Assembly (NCBI RefSeq): GCF_009914755.1
Contig: NC_060942.1
Length of the DNA stretch: 64,000 nt
Direction: 5' to 3' (one strand)
Source of the DNA: the human T2T-CHM13v2.0 reference genome, Homo sapiens
This document shows, in pieces, positions 61,550 to 64,000 of the stretch. Below the pieces are notes generated by a model. The model saw only the letters and a list, made by a program, of their open reading frames with translations, did not search any database and was not told the origin of the DNA. The translations under genes and the position numbers were made by a program. Every line of letters starts with the position of its first letter. Position 1 is the first letter of the stretch.

Positions 61550-61889
61550 GGATGAGTTCATGTCCTTTGCAGGGACATGGATGAAGCTGGCAACCATCAT
61601 TCTAAGCAAACTATCAGAAGAACAGAAAACCAAACACTGCATGTTCTCACTCATAGGTGGGATTTGAACAACGAGAACACATGGACACAGGGCGGGGAAC
61701 ATCACACACCGGGGCCTGTTGTGGGGTGGTGGTCTGGGGGTCTGGGGGAGGGATAGCATTAGGAGAAATACCTAATGTAAATGATGAGTTGATGGGTGCA
61801 GCAAACCACCATGGCACATGTATACCTATGTAACAAACCTTCTGGTTGAGCATATGTACCCTAGAACTTAAAGCATAATAAAAAAAAAA
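61550..61889 (+). mobile_element. L1PA7-like 3' end
   Basis: ggatgagttcatgtcctttgcagggacatgg...ggagaaatacctaatgtaaatgatgagttgatggg plus A tail. ttgga at both junctions. Confidence 0.93.
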
Positions 61890-62154
61890 GTTGGACCATG
61901 GAACAGAAGAAGAAAACTAGAGCAATGTCTATATCAAATGATTCTACTCACTGTAGAATTTCTTTTAGATATTGCTTATAATAATTTTAAGACAGCCTTG
62001 GAAGAATTAAGCTACTTAATTTCTCTTCAGCAAGTGACACAATAATTATCTTTCATTGAGTTAAACCAGTTGACTTCTGGCTTTTATGAGTTGCTTATAC
62101 AATGTCACTCTCAAAAATTTCATAATCTAGTGGTCCTTTAGGAAACTCCAAGCC

Positions 62155-62677
62155 TGTGATGTTTTAAAATGTGTCCGTAAAGTCATCAACTCTTCATTTT
62201 GAGAAGTGGAACTTAATTTCTCTCCTCTTGAGTGTCACTGGAATTGCTTCTGATAAGTAGAAGTGGTAGTGTGCAAATTCTGAGACTGGGTCATAAAAGG
62301 CACTGGGGCTTCTTCTTGATCTTTCTGTTCCCTGTCACTTGCTTTTGGAGAAGCCAGTTGTTATGTCATGTGCAGTTTTATGGAGAGTCTCATATGATGA
62401 GAAAGCAAGGCCTCTTGACAACATCCAACAAGAAATTGAGGCTTACTTTGAGCAGTGACTGAATTCTCTCGAAAGTGGATCCCCCAGATCTAGCCAGTCT
62501 TCAGATTTCTGAAGCTTTGGCCACATGTCAACTGCAGCTTCATTAGACTCTGAGCCAGAACCACCCAGCCAAATTGCTCCCAAGTTTCTGATCAACAGAA
62601 ACTGAGATAATAAATATTTGTGGTTTTAAGTTGCTAATTTTGAGGAATTTGTTCCACAGCAATTGATAACTAATACA
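62155..62677 (+). mobile_element. MLT1E/F-like MaLR solo LTR
   Basis: tgtgatgttttaaaatgtgtcc...ctgagccagaaccacccagc...cagcaattgataactaataca. Confidence 0.85.
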
Positions 62678-64000
62678 AGCACATAGGCAACTATGTAATG
62701 GTGAAAATATTTCTTTTTCAAGCAAAGTTTCCTCTGAAAGAAAATGTCATGCTCTAATAGAGGTAACCTAATTGATTGAGAACACATTTGGGCTTCCTAC
62801 TTTATAAAGGAAAAGGCTCCCCAGTCTCATGACTTTTTTTCTCCTGCTCTGGCATGAATTGCTGTTACACTGACTGCTCTTAGTCCTTAAATGTCAAGAA
62901 AGGTGTGCTTTGTCAGAAACAGGATTTGAGTTGCTTACATTTGAGAATTTTATGAAGAAATGGGAACGAAATAGAAAACGTGTTCATTTTTGCGGTATAA
63001 ATTTTTTGGCTTCCCAGAAAAAAAATTTCTATTAAATTACTGCCAGAAGGGGCCCTTTAAAAATACTTCTAAAAGAGAAAAATAGAGCCCATGCAGAACC
63101 ATTTTCAGGTGGATTGCATTAAGTTTATTCATAATTTGGATGAACTGGCACATGTTCTTGGCAAAAAAAGAAAGTCTCTTGTTTAAGAATGTTCTCCGTT
63201 ATAAATCCTGATGAAAAATTACTAGTTATTTTAGCTAAGGTGTCATTGCTTATAAGGAGATTGACAAGTATGTTTCACCAATGTAAGAATTTTTTGGGGA
63301 GACCATCAAAGCCTTTTCAGTTTCACTTCAGGTATAAACCTGAAGACATTTAAAAACACATCTTTTAAAGGCTACTATTGTTCAATCAAATGCTATTTCT
63401 TTTCTTTATTTTTCTGACATTAGTGATGAAGATCAGGTCAAAGATGACTTCATTGCCATGACTACAAAGAATTGATGTGATATGTTTTCAGCTCAAGTGC
63501 TCCTAAATCATATTGGATTTTTTTTATGTGTCATGTCAACAAAACAAGTTGGAATCAATCGTTTGTGGGAAACAGGTCACATATGTGGCCATGTTAAAGT
63601 TAACTTGACAATTTTAAGCTTTTTATTCAAGCCAAAGCATAGCAATCTTCATTTAGAGTCTGACCTTTGAGAATAATTAAAGTTTTATTATTGGATTTTA
63701 TTCTTTCCTTTTCTTAAGGAAGTGGCTTTTAAAAAATGAAAACAAAAGGTTGAGGGAAGCATTAGTTTGGTGATATTGTTTTGCTTTCCTCTTTGAAATA
63801 CATATCCAATTGAAAGTATTGTGTGCATTTTTCTGCATGATTACTCTGGAATGGAGAGCTCCAATGTTTTCAACAAAGTAATCTCAAAAGTGTCCTTTGA
63901 CTCTAAATGTTGAATAACACTTATTGACACATATTTTTTCTCCTATTTTCCTTCTTTGGAGAATACTTTTAGAGGTCATTGAAACTTCACTCAGTTTAGC

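Overview
AT-rich, repeat-dense primate genomic DNA. AluY and L1PA3/4-type elements indicate human or another ape-like catarrhine genome. It looks intronic or intergenic: I recognise no host protein-coding gene, RNA gene or CpG island. Every recognisable ORF in the track is an L1 ORF2 fragment or an Alu/LTR read-through. Much of the window is layered mobile DNA: about 12 Alu/FLAM copies, 7 primate L1PA-type 3' fragments, old L1M/HAL1 pieces, L2, MIR, MaLR/ERVL solo LTRs and hAT MITEs, often nested. Family and subfamily names come from my recall of consensus sequences, not from an alignment. I find no evidence for a new biological system. The best observations are small-scale: (1) a probable ~315-bp L1 3' transduction with its own ATTAAA signal and second poly(A), splitting an L2; (2) two Alus with locally templated inverted micro-insertions; (3) a perfect 23-bp double-octamer (POU) palindrome in a repeat-free block; (4) a ~168-bp non-adjacent local duplication; (5) an orphan insert inside an old L1; and (6) isolated candidate exons.
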